From assembly GCA_049840655.1 (NCBI GenBank), contig JASGJX010000049.1, forward strand, positions 143,570 through 207,569: a stretch of 64,000 nt of DNA, in the 5' to 3' direction. Shown one piece after another: positions 31,113-41,342 of the stretch. A program made the position numbers and the translations under genes. Source of the stretch: Chryseolinea sp. (GTDB lineage Bacteria; Bacteroidota; Bacteroidia; Cytophagales; Cyclobacteriaceae). Position 1 is the first letter of the stretch. Each line of letters begins with the position of its first letter. The notes beneath the pieces were generated by a model, which saw only the letters and a list, made by a program, of their open reading frames with translations, had not been told where the DNA came from and searched no databases.

Positions 31113-32006
31113 TTACTCCTCAATTACTAAAGCGAGCTTCGAGCCGTCCGCGCTCACTGCCAAACGCGTGATGTTCTTGAGATAAACGACGGACGAAATC
31201 TTTATCTCTTTCCATGAAGTCGTTCCGGGCTTTCCGACATAAACAGTTCTTCCGTCTGTCATGAGCATACGACCTCCCGGTACCCATGCAATGTCTTCCC
31301 TTCCCGATATTGTCTCTCCAATTACAGATATTGTGCCACGACCATCGATCTGATTTATTGTCCAGCGACCATCCTTTGCCTTTTGGACAAAGCTAACGGC
31401 AGCAGTACCCGGTATACGCAATAATGAACGTCCAATATCCATGGCTCGTATGGAATCGGTCTTGTTGTTTACATTATATTGATGAAACGTGGCTGGCTCC
31501 CCAAGCACAAACATGAATAGAGTCCGGTCATCTAGCCATGCATGATATCCTATCGTTAGATTGTTGATGATAACTGTTGCTTCTCCTCCGTCAATTGGAT
31601 ATTTGCCAAGATCCTGCGCACCGTTGTCGCGCTGGATAATGCATGAAACGAATTTTTTATCGGGAGTTACGGTGGGAGAATATTCGCGTTCCGTAGTCTT
31701 GGTGAGTGACGAAGTCTGTTTGCTTTTATAATCGTACACCCTGATATCCGTACGACCAGCATCGTCGGCAGAAGCATAGTACATCAATTCCTTGTCGGGA
31801 TGAAAGAAGGGCTGATTATCGTATGCGCCCGGATGGAGTGTAATATTAGATCCATTGACAGCGCTGATCTCATCTCCGGAAATCTTAAGGTCAAAGAGGA
31901 CAATTTCAGTCAGCGGTTGCCCGAATGCGATGCTAAACGGGAAGACTACGAAAGCTATAAGCAGAAATTGTTTCAATACTTTATCAAAGTGCATGGAAGA
32001 ATTCAT
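31113..32006 (-). CDS. Secreted TolB-like (PD40) beta-propeller protein
   Basis: YDNQPFF, EYSPTVTPD, RLAVSADGSKLALV. Confidence 0.75.
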   Translation of the reverse strand: MNSSMHFDKVLKQFLLIAFVVFPFSIAFGQPLTEIVLFDLKISGDEISAVNGSNITLHPGAYDNQPFFHPDKELMYYASADDAGRTDIRVYDYKSKQTSSLTKTTEREYSPTVTPDKKFVSCIIQRDNGAQDLGKYPIDGGEATVIINNLTIGYHAWLDDRTLFMFVLGEPATFHQYNVNNKTDSIRAMDIGRSLLRIPGTAAVSFVQKAKDGRWTINQIDGRGTISVIGETISGREDIAWVPGGRMLMTDGRTVYVGKPGTTSWKEIKISSVVYLKNITRLAVSADGSKLALVIEE

Positions 32007-32085
32007 AATCTTTAGCCTGTTGTGAACTGTTAAGCCCCAATCAAACGAATACCCGGAGTTCGCGGCAAAGAACGTTACCTTTTGA

Positions 32086-33364
32086 ATGAATATGAAATCC
32101 CACCAGAACAAATTGATTTTGACGTCGTTGTTGTTAGTAACCTGCCTGACTGTCTGGTCACAGGAAGTGATAGTGATTCGTGCTGCACGTGTATTTGACG
32201 GAGAAAGCATGCACACAGGATGGAGTGTGGTTGTTGAAGGCGATCATATTGTATTCGCTGGTCCGGCTGCCGATGCAAAAGTTCCGCGCAATGCAATTGT
32301 CAAAGAATATCCAAACGGCACGCTGTTGCCGGGTCTCATCGAAGGACATGCACATCTGCTGCTGCACCCTTACAATGAAACGACCTGGGATGATCAGGTT
32401 TTGAAGGAATCAGATGCGCTGCGTGTGGCACGCGCCACTGTACATGCGCGTAAGACATTAGAAGCTGGCTTTACAACGGTTCGCGACCTTGGTTCCGAGG
32501 GAGCAGGGTATGCAGATGTTGGATTGAAGAAAGCAATTAGTCGGCATAATTCCCGGTCCGAGGCTGCTCGTAGCAGGTCGCGCCATCGTGGCTACGGGAA
32601 GCTACGGTCCAAGGGGATTTGATACGGACTTCGAAGTCATGCTCGGCGCCGAGGCAGCCGATGGCAACGATCTCATTCGTGTCACCCGCGATCAGATTGG
32701 AAAGGGTGCCGACATAGTGAAGGTCTACGCCGACTATCGCTGGGGCCGCAACCATGCTGCAATGCCAACATTTACTACGGATGAATTAAAGCTGATTGTT
32801 GAAACAGCACGCAGCAGTGGCCGCCCCGTCGTGGCGCATGCCGCTACCGTTGAAGGCATGACACGTGCCATAAATGCCGGCGTCGAAACTATTGAGCATG
32901 GCGACCATGGTGATGAAACGGTTTTTGCATTAATGAAATCGCGGGGTGTCGCATTGTGTCCCACACTTGCCGCCACCGATGCTATCAGCCAATACAAAGG
33001 ATGGAAGATAGGTACTCCTGAACCCATAGAGATCACTAACAAGCGGGAAACCTTTCGTATAGCTCTGGCAAGCGGCGTTACGATATGCGCCGGAGGAGAT
33101 GTCGGTGTATTCCCGCATGGTGATAATGCCAGAGAACTGGAACTGATGGTAGACTATGGCATGAAGGCAATCGATGTGTTGCGCGCGGCAACGTCAACGA
33201 ACGCCCGTGTATTTCACATTGATGATAACGTAGGAACTATTGCAGCAGCGAAACTCGCCGATCTCCTTGTCGTCGAAGGCGATCCCTCTCAGAATATTTC
33301 CCAACTCAGAAAGGTAGTCGTTGTTTTTAAAAGCGGTGTAGAAGTAATCAGGGCAACTAAGTAG
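32086..33364 (+). CDS. Metal-dependent amidohydrolase (Xaa-Pro dipeptidase-like), frameshift near 32540
   Basis: PGLIEGHAH, GFTTVRDLG; continues GIIPGPR, VVAHA, IEHG, GGDVG, LADLLVVEGDP in the next frame. Confidence 0.85.
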
Positions 33365-33522
33365 TGATTCCGAACCCTCAACAGTTTGCGCGGGAAGTTT
33401 TCTGGCGAGACGCAGCGACTACCGCATTGGGATCGTTGATCTTGCTGTGATAGGTGATGATAATGTTCAGATTTGTTTTAGCTGAACTTAGTAACCTGGT
33501 GTCCATTCATAACCACCATGGA

Positions 33523-34476
33523 TCAGAGCCACTTCTTGCGTTTGAAATACCAGAGGAATCCCATCGAAGAGAGAACCATCAGCACAATGGCAAACGGATA
33601 ACCGCCTAACCATTTCAGTTCCGGCATGTGTGCGAAGTTCATACCGTAAATGCTTGCTATAAGCGTCGGCGGCATGAACACCACAGTAACAACCGTGAAT
33701 ATCTTGATAACGGTGTTTTGCTCTATGTTAACAAGACCGAGGAAAGTGTTCTGCAAATACTCAAGACGCTCAGAACTGAACTGTGAGTGCTGCAACAGAG
33801 AGGCAATATCTTTGAGGATGATCTTTAACCGTTCGTTCTCGAGCTTATTAAACTCCGGGATACGGATTAGCGAACTAACCACACGTTGTTTTTCAGTGAT
33901 TGTTTCGTGAAGCAACATCACGTTCTCCTGCAGCTGCGTGATCTCCAACAATAGATCTTCTTTCAGACTTCGGCGTGCAATGAGCTCCTTACTGATACCG
34001 TTTAGCTTTCTGTTGCTCGCTTCAATAAGATCGGCATCACCATCAATTCTTGCCTCGAGAATAGTAAGAAATACATGCAACCCGTGCTCGGGCTTTTCAA
34101 GCGAGCTGAGTGACTTAAGGCGACGCACCGTTTCAGCGAAGATCTTGAGGTCCCCAAGCCGGTACGTGAAAAGAATGTTCTCTTTTAGAATGAACGTCAT
34201 GCTCTGCACCGTCAATTCCCCCTCGCTGAGAACAAAGCCCAGGTTTATTTCGACGGTCTCATCGGTTTCGAGGAATCGCGAACTGCTTTCAATTTCCTGC
34301 AGTTCTTGCGAGGTAAAGAATTCGATCTTATATGTCTTCTCGATGTATTCCTTCTCCTCTGTAGTGGGCGATTGCAAATCGATCCAGATCAGATTCTCCA
34401 GCTCAGCGATCTCCTTGAATGTAGGATTCTTGAACTGATTAATCCTTCCTCGTGTGATGGTGTAAGCGCGGATCAT
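33523..34476 (-). CDS. corA: CorA magnesium/cobalt transporter
   Basis: MPPTLIASIYGMNF..MPEL signature. Confidence 0.93.
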   Translation of the reverse strand: MIRAYTITRGRINQFKNPTFKEIAELENLIWIDLQSPTTEEKEYIEKTYKIEFFTSQELQEIESSSRFLETDETVEINLGFVLSEGELTVQSMTFILKENILFTYRLGDLKIFAETVRRLKSLSSLEKPEHGLHVFLTILEARIDGDADLIEASNRKLNGISKELIARRSLKEDLLLEITQLQENVMLLHETITEKQRVVSSLIRIPEFNKLENERLKIILKDIASLLQHSQFSSERLEYLQNTFLGLVNIEQNTVIKIFTVVTVVFMPPTLIASIYGMNFAHMPELKWLGGYPFAIVLMVLSSMGFLWYFKRKKWL

Positions 34477-34530
34477 GTATTGCTTGTGGACGCAATTTAA
34501 CGGCAATAATGACATGATCGCTATAGAATG

Positions 34531-34563
34531 AAAAAGACCTGCCAGGATTTCCCCGACAGGTCT
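34531..34563 (-). terminator. Probable terminator after the lipoprotein gene
   Basis: AGACCTG...CAGGTCT stem with TTTTT on the minus strand. Confidence 0.55.
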
Positions 34564-34584
34564 GATTCTCCCGTAAACTAATCT

Positions 34585-35130
34585 TTAATTTCCTTCTTTG
34601 TCGGCCTCATCGGCCTTCTTTATTTCTTCATCAAGAATTTTCTCAATCAAATCCCGTTGACGCTCATCTATCGTGTTGTCAACTCTGGCTTGTTTCTTCA
34701 TGAAGCGAAACATAGCATTCTTTTTTATTTCATACGCAATGAATACGGAGTATTCCTTCGATTTGTCGTTGTAATACTTTTTCTCTCCGATCTTTCGCAG
34801 GTCGGCGATGTTGGTATTCATCACTTGTCTGACAAGACTTTGAAACTTGTCAGCCACGTCGGCACCCTTCTCATTCTCTGCCTGACCAAGATATTGATCA
34901 GCAACCTGCTTCATGGTGGTGTTCACCTGACCCGCCAAGTAAGCCTTCGCCTCAATATCAGCCTTGCCACGCGCAATGTTGTCCTGTGAACTCACACCTT
35001 TACCGGTTCCTCTGAAGAATCGGTTGTTTGATTCATAAGCATTCCCTTGAAAAGGTTCTTTAACCTTTTTGCCAAGAACCGATGCACATCCTACCAGTAC
35101 TAAAAGGGGAAGTAATCGCAGTAGCCTCAT
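34585..35130 (-). CDS. Lipoprotein (LPP20-like)
   Basis: LVG-C lipobox; RGTGKG..ARGKADIEAKAYLA. Confidence 0.7.
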   Translation of the reverse strand: MRLLRLLPLLVLVGCASVLGKKVKEPFQGNAYESNNRFFRGTGKGVSSQDNIARGKADIEAKAYLAGQVNTTMKQVADQYLGQAENEKGADVADKFQSLVRQVMNTNIADLRKIGEKKYYNDKSKEYSVFIAYEIKKNAMFRFMKKQARVDNTIDERQRDLIEKILDEEIKKADEADKEGN

Positions 35131-35250
35131 ACTTGTGTCTCTGGGGTGACTGAGCCAAAAGTAATAAAAATTGTGCCAGGCTTTCGAAATTATATACCAA
35201 AATCAACCTTCGGCAAAATTTTCTTGCGCTACATCGCAATCAGCCCAGGA

Positions 35251-35955
35251 TTATGTCGTGAAAACACAAATCTGCCATCGAAACGCCCAGCGCCAGCGAA
35301 GAGTATATCGGTTACATCCAGCTTGTGCGAGAATATTTTCAAGCTCACGCTTCGTGAACGCCCTCAATACTGACAACGGTGCATCATATTTGACCATATC
35401 TGATCGCGAGAACAGCTGTGTCAGCAATTTTATCGAGTAATATGCCAGGGGATGGCGATGAATATCGTTAATGATAAAGCCGATGCGACATTGATTCCTC
35501 AGCTTCGAAAAAAAGGAGATAAGCTCTGCATCAGTGAAATGATGATAGAACAACGTGCCGATAACAATATCGTAACGGAGTGATTCAAATTCTTTCGATA
35601 GAATGTTAACCGGTTGAAGGTCGGCAGTATATCAGTCAGATTTTTTCGTGCGGCATTAATGATATAGGGATTGGCGTCGATTCCTGTAAGTGTAACAGTT
35701 GTATTTCTCCGGTTGGCCCAGCGCTGGAATGTGCCGAAGCATATCACCGCGTCCGCATCCTAGATCGGCTATATCGAGCGACTTGTGTGCTTTGCCCTCC
35801 ACGATCTGGCTAAGCGCACGAAGCGTAACATCGTTGCCTCCCAGCCATCTGTTAATAACCTCAAGTTCCTTCAGCGTTTGATCCATCATGCTTCCCGCAT
35901 ATTTCAGATCATCCATGATCTCCGGGTCGGTGGATCGTGTCGAGAAGGAACTCAT
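35251..35955 (-). CDS. Class I SAM methyltransferase (type III PKS-associated), two frameshifts (about 35726 and 35628)
   Basis: EIMDD, INRWLGG, DLGCGRGD, GIDAN, LFYHHF, INDIHR, DAPLSVLRAF spread over three frames. Confidence 0.85.
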
Positions 35956-35957
35956 CG

Positions 35958-37064
35958 TCAGGCAACCTCCACTTGAAATAACATGCTTTCGAGCGTGAGT
36001 CCTGGTCCGAAGGCGAAACTCGAGTACGGAATCATTCTTGTCTTTATCGGATAACTTTTCCATGACGCGCCCCAGTACAAATAATACCGTTGGCGACGAC
36101 ATATTGCCAAAGTTTCGGAGCACGTAATAGGCAGCTTCGTTCAAATCGGGATTAATACCCAACTCCTGTTCTATGCTCTCCAGGATCTTTTTGCCACCAG
36201 GATGAATAGCAAAGAAGCGAATATCCTCAATGGCCTTCCCCGTATTTTCTAATATGGAACTCGGCCAGAGATGATATTCCTCCTTTAATAAGCGAGGGAA
36301 CATAGGTTGATAATCGCATCTGAAATCCAAGATCTCCAATCGCCCACGCCATGTCACCATCCTCAGCTTCAATAAGGGCGCTTCTAAAGGCAACGGGATC
36401 AAGACTGATACCCGCCGGAGCCCTGGCCTGAACCAGCACAGCTGCTGATCCATCTGAAAACAGTGCGTTCGAAATAAGGTTATCGTCTGAGGCATTCTTT
36501 TGGAAATGCAGACTGCAGAGCTTCCGTGCAAACAATCAGTACTTTGGCGTCTCGATTCTGTGCGCAAAACGCGTCGGCAACCTTTAATGCATTGAATGCA
36601 GCATAACATCCCATGAAATTAATTCCCGTTCGCTGCACCCCCGAAGAAAGTCCAAGCCTGCGAACCAATTCAATGTCTAATCCGGGAGCATAAAGACCGG
36701 TACAAGAAACATTGATCACATGTGTGATCGACCCCAGATCGAAATCAGGGATCTTCCTGAGCATATTCTCAACTGCCATAACACTCAGGTCAAGTGCATG
36801 TTGCTGAAACAAATGCAGCCGTCTGGATGTGCTGGGGAATGGCTCGAAGTCTGAAGTGTTTGGATAGAACGTGAAATTGTCGCGACGCCCGTAGTCTTCA
36901 ATAACAGAGTGGCGGTAATCGATTCCACTCGCATGAAATATTGTCTTGAGTTTTCTGCTTTCCTGATCATTCAACTGCATTGCCCTGATCATAAAGTCGG
37001 CTATCTCACTTTGTCTGAACCGATGTGGAGGATTGGCGTACCCAATCGCAGTAACATAACTCAT
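35958..37064 (-). CDS. Type III polyketide synthase, three frameshifts (about 36520, 36265, 36021)
   Basis: Catalytic Cys (MGCYAA), His (IHPGG) and Asn (GNMSS); ALFSDG; FAFGPGLTLE. Confidence 0.9.
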
Positions 37065-37134
37065 GCATTTCAATATATTTTAAAAAACTATAATTTGGAT
37101 AGCCGTGTTCCTGTGCGGCATAAAATTATTTATC

Positions 37135-38031
37135 ATGTTCTCTATTTCGTCCTGGCTTCACCTTAGAATACCGTTCTCATATTTCCTGTTGCCCGTTTTT
37201 CTGTTCGCCCTGGCCATATCGCCTAACCCCACAAATAATGCCGTACTGTGGTCTTTTCTGATTATTCATATCTTTTTGTACCCGGCGAGCAATGGCTATA
37301 ACAGCTATTTTGACAAAGACGAAAAAAGCATTGGCGGATTAAAAAACCCGCCACCGGTTAACAAAGGACTCTACTATTTGTCGCTTTCGTTCGACGTCGC
37401 CGCGCTATTGCTAGGGACGATAATAATCAACATTACGTTTGCTATCATGCTTTTTATTTATGGCCTGGCATCGAAAGCATATAGCCATCCGGCAGTAAGA
37501 TTAAAGAAATATCCTCTGGCCGGATGGCTTGTCGCAGGCTTCTTCCAGGGTTTCTTTACGCTGTTGATGAGTTACATCGGCATCAATAAGTACGAATTGG
37601 AGAATCTGACCCAACCCGAAATACTATACGCCGGGGCACTCAGCAGCCTGATGCTGTGGGGCAGTTATCCAATGACGCAAATTTATCAGCACGAAGAAGA
37701 TGGCGCACGTGGCGATGAAACGTTGAGCAGAATGCTGGGAATCAGAGGGACGTTCTATTTCGTCGGAATAGTGTTCACGGCAGTTACTGGCGCTTTTGCG
37801 TGGTACTTTGTTGAATACATGGGTACAGACTGGGCGCTTGCCTACGCGGCCGCTATGGCGCCGGTTGTACTATATTTCAGCTACTGGTTCCTCCTGGTAT
37901 ATAAGAGGGAATCAGCAGCTGACTATTCACATACGATGTGGCTGAATTTCATTTCTGCTACATGCCTGAATGTATTCTTCCTTTCGTTGTTTGTGATCCG
38001 AACGGGCTACTACAATCTTCTGTTTAACTAG
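37135..38031 (+). CDS. UbiA-family prenyltransferase
   Basis: NGYNSYFDKDE, KAYSHPAVRLK, QIYQHEEDGARGD, multiple TM helices. Confidence 0.85.
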   Translation: MFSISSWLHLRIPFSYFLLPVFLFALAISPNPTNNAVLWSFLIIHIFLYPASNGYNSYFDKDEKSIGGLKNPPPVNKGLYYLSLSFDVAALLLGTIIINITFAIMLFIYGLASKAYSHPAVRLKKYPLAGWLVAGFFQGFFTLLMSYIGINKYELENLTQPEILYAGALSSLMLWGSYPMTQIYQHEEDGARGDETLSRMLGIRGTFYFVGIVFTAVTGAFAWYFVEYMGTDWALAYAAAMAPVVLYFSYWFLLVYKRESAADYSHTMWLNFISATCLNVFFLSLFVIRTGYYNLLFN

Positions 38032-38186
38032 CACGAGCTACCGTAATCTTCTAATTAACTAGCACGAGCTACCGTAATCTTCTATTAATAGCAACGAGTT
38101 ACTGTAATCTTCTAATTAACCAGCACGAGCTACTGTAGTCTTCTAATTAGAAGGCACGAGCTACTGTAATCTTCTATTTAATAGCA
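38002..38186. repeat. Six 30-31-bp tandem repeats spanning both convergent stop codons
   Basis: ACGAGCTACYGTAATCTTCTAATTAACTAGC-like units at 38002, 38033, 38064, 38094, 38125, 38156. Confidence 0.92.
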
Positions 38187-39463
38187 GCGGGCTGCGCAAC
38201 TGCAGGTTGCTGTGTTGCCGCCTTTTGTGTTTTCGCTTTAACCTGCTTGTCAATGAAGTACATCATTACGATAGTGATCAGGATAGCGGCATCTACCGTA
38301 TAGCCAAGCAAGTCGTATCGCTCGAGATATCCGGACGATGTTTGCACGACAATCAAGCCAGCCAGTATAGACGCAAATCCACCTGATATCTGTTGAACGG
38401 ATGAGTTCACGCTCATGAACGATCCTCTGTCCTTCGCCTCTGGTATGGCCGTCATCAAAGCCGATGCGGAAATCATACGTGACGAAATACCAACAAACAA
38501 AAAGACATTCAGGATAATAATGATATACAGTGGAGTGATGCCCAGATTGCAATAGATGGCAACCATAACCATCGATAGGATAGAACCCATCACAAAGATC
38601 CGGTACTTGCCAATCGCATCACTGTACTTTCCAACCAACGGTCCGGCTATCATAGAACAGACACCTGTAATCATATATAACATCGGCAGGTCTTTCTTAA
38701 CATCGATGCCGAGGTTGTAAACACCAAAAGTGCTACCGAAAGGCATCAGCATAAATCCGCCGGTCGCCAGCAATGTTGTTGCCGCAAATGCTTTAAGATA
38801 ATTGGGATTAGAAACAGTATGAGCCAAATGCAGGAATGCACTTTTGTCACTTCGCAATTGCAGGTGACCAGTAACAGGTTTGAAGTACATAACAATGGCT
38901 ATCCCTATCAGCACGCACATCGCGGCAATCATCCAGAACGGCGCATGCCAGCCCATCAGTCCTGCAAGGTAAAGCCCTATTGGAAGACCCAGCACCTGGC
39001 TTGATGCAAATGCCATTTGAACAAACCCCATCACTCTCCCGCGCACTTCCATTTTAAAGAGATCTGTGATGATCGCAAAGCTTATACTGCCGATTACGCC
39101 GCCAAACAATCCTGTTATGATTCTGGCCATCAGCATAAACTCGTAGGTGTCGGCCAATGCACATAATGCAGTGCCCAGTGTGAACCCTACATAGAAAAAT
39201 AGCAGCAATTTCTTTCGATCGAACTTATCGGCAAATCCGGCCGTCAACAAACCTGCTGCTCCTGCACTAAATGCATAGGCCGACACCACCCATCCGAACT
39301 GTTTCGTGGTGATATGTAATTCATTGAGCAGGTAGGGACCTAACGGCGAAAGCACCATAAAGTCCAGCACAATGGTAAATTGGAGTATAGCCAGTATAGC
39401 AATAACGAACACCTGATAGCGGTCGAATACTTTCGGTTTTGATTCGGTAGTTTGTTCTTTCAT
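38174..39463 (-). CDS. MFS transporter (drug efflux-like)
   Basis: GFADKFDRKK motif A, ARIITG, about 12 TM. Confidence 0.9.
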   Translation of the reverse strand: MKEQTTESKPKVFDRYQVFVIAILAILQFTIVLDFMVLSPLGPYLLNELHITTKQFGWVVSAYAFSAGAAGLLTAGFADKFDRKKLLLFFYVGFTLGTALCALADTYEFMLMARIITGLFGGVIGSISFAIITDLFKMEVRGRVMGFVQMAFASSQVLGLPIGLYLAGLMGWHAPFWMIAAMCVLIGIAIVMYFKPVTGHLQLRSDKSAFLHLAHTVSNPNYLKAFAATTLLATGGFMLMPFGSTFGVYNLGIDVKKDLPMLYMITGVCSMIAGPLVGKYSDAIGKYRIFVMGSILSMVMVAIYCNLGITPLYIIIILNVFLFVGISSRMISASALMTAIPEAKDRGSFMSVNSSVQQISGGFASILAGLIVVQTSSGYLERYDLLGYTVDAAILITIVMMYFIDKQVKAKTQKAATQQPAVAQPAAIK

Positions 39464-39594
39464 GATATTACAACTCATGGCCTGCACGACGCAATAGAGC
39501 AACGCCTTTTTGCGCGCATCAGCACTGTTAAATAAAAATAACGCTCTATTAATAATCGGTTTTATAAACTCCTTGCAGTATTGTGGTACTAAGA

Positions 39595-39629
39595 ACAACT
39601 CAGGACTCAATACTCAGGAATCAGGACTC
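39595..39629 (-). repeat. Five 7-mer units just after the flavoprotein stop
   Basis: Sense strand GAGTCCT GATTCCT GAGTATT GAGTCCT GAGTTGT. Confidence 0.75.
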
Positions 39630-39634
39630 ATTCT

Positions 39635-40744
39635 CTAGAAGGTTCGACCGTGGGTATTTTTGATTATCGACCTTGCCAGAGGAGGAATGTTCATTACTAG
39701 TGATACGGCAATCCGCGAAGTTAGTTCCTTTCCGAATAATTTTTGTATCTGCCGTCCTCGCCACAGCCGCGACGAAAACTCATCGTTCCATAATTCGCGG
39801 TAGCGACTTTCCATTTGTTCGCGGCTCGTCTCACCATGAATAAACGGAATTGCCTCACGAGTGAGGATTCGCGCCGATTGGATTGCCATCGCCATCCCGT
39901 TTCCGCATAGCGGAGCGATCATTCCGGCTGCATCGCCAGCCATCAGTACATGATCGTCTACAGGTGACTTTGTCTCGAACGAAACTTCGTTTATTACTTC
40001 CGGTTTGTCAAACAGGAATTCAGATTCATTGAAAATTGTTTTTAACAAAGGGTTCCGCCAGAGGACGTTTCTCTCCATCTCGCTGATGCTCTTATGTCGT
40101 TTCATATTCGACACGTGCGTCAGATAACACAGGGTTGATTTGCCCTCTTCAACATTACTGATACCACAATACCCGCCCGGAAAATTGTGCAGGGAGATTA
40201 ACTCGTCCGGATGCGCGGTGCGCACATGATACTTGACGCCCGCGTACGGCGACCGGCGACGTAAAAAAGACCGGTTCATAACACGGTCTATTCGCGATCG
40301 CTTTCCAAATGACCCGACAACCAGATCGGCGTCCCAGTCTCCGCGATCCGTCCTGATCCGGAACTTCATGCCATCAAAATCCACTCCCGTTACTTCTGTA
40401 TTAAGGACAAATTCCACGTTGAGGCTACGCGCACTCTTATAGAGGAGATTGTCGAAGGTGTAGCGACTGATTCCGAACCCGCCGAGATCTAACGGCATGA
40501 TCTTACTTTCCCCATCAATGGTCGAAAGCTGGAACTCTTTTATTTTGGGAGGATTGAAAGATTTGGGGAATAATTTGCGACTGTTCAGATACGGAACAAC
40601 TTCATTCGAAATGTATTCACCGCAAACCCGATGGAAAGGATAGCTCTTCCGTTCCACCAAAATAGAAGGCACTCCTGCATGCGCAAACTCGATTGCCGCA
40701 ATTAATCCGGAAAGTCCTCCGCCGATGATGGTGACCTTTTTCAA
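39635..40744 (-). CDS. NAD(P)/FAD-dependent oxidoreductase (geranylgeranyl reductase-like)
   Basis: IIGGGLSG, HRVCGEYIS, AGDAAGMIAPLCGNGM; probable TTG start. Confidence 0.85.
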   Translation of the reverse strand: MKKVTIIGGGLSGLIAAIEFAHAGVPSILVERKSYPFHRVCGEYISNEVVPYLNSRKLFPKSFNPPKIKEFQLSTIDGESKIMPLDLGGFGISRYTFDNLLYKSARSLNVEFVLNTEVTGVDFDGMKFRIRTDRGDWDADLVVGSFGKRSRIDRVMNRSFLRRRSPYAGVKYHVRTAHPDELISLHNFPGGYCGISNVEEGKSTLCYLTHVSNMKRHKSISEMERNVLWRNPLLKTIFNESEFLFDKPEVINEVSFETKSPVDDHVLMAGDAAGMIAPLCGNGMAMAIQSARILTREAIPFIHGETSREQMESRYRELWNDEFSSRLWRGRQIQKLFGKELTSRIAVSLVMNIPPLARSIIKNTHGRTF

Positions 40745-40868
40745 GAATCCGTTATCCAGTATTGAGAAAGATATCCAAAAAATTGCCCTCCCTGAAAAGA
40801 TTTCCAGCCGGAACGGATCTTGCAGGGCAACCTTTTTCGTTAATAACCTGTATAATCTACGTTGGCTT

Positions 40869-41342
40869 ATGGAAACAAGAATGGAAACAGTGAGACGCGG
40901 CGACACAATGAACGTGCTTCTCGTTGGCAACAACCCCATTGAAATGGGTGGCGTGCTGGAAAAACTCAGACAGGTTCGCGGTCAGCGAATCGCAACCGAA
41001 ATTGCATTTGACGTTAAAAGCATACTACAACGTTTGCTTCGCTTCCAGCCTAATTTCATTCTGATCGACGACAACATCGGTCGCCAGGAACTTATGGAGA
41101 CAGTAAATACGCTTTCGGCCAACCGGACCACGAAGGACATTCCTATTACTGTTCTTAAAAACTCCAACTACAGTGAGTCGTTAGGATCAGCGAGTATTCT
41201 CGACTATTTGTTAAAGCAAAACCTGTCTCCTGAAGATCTTTATAAGACACTGAAGAATACACTGCGTTTCCGTACCACACAACGGTACCTCTATGAGGCG
41301 TATCAAAAACGTCGCGGTCAGCTGTTGAGCGCTATTAAATAG
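40869..41342 (+). CDS. Atypical stand-alone receiver (CheY-like) domain protein
   Basis: NVLLVGNN..PNFILIDD..TKDIPITVL..DYLLK. Confidence 0.6.
   Translation: METRMETVRRGDTMNVLLVGNNPIEMGGVLEKLRQVRGQRIATEIAFDVKSILQRLLRFQPNFILIDDNIGRQELMETVNTLSANRTTKDIPITVLKNSNYSESLGSASILDYLLKQNLSPEDLYKTLKNTLRFRTTQRYLYEAYQKRRGQLLSAIK

Noticed and set aside
38002-38186. Possible CRISPR array
   Set aside because: Units are contiguous with no unique spacers, and no cas genes are in the window
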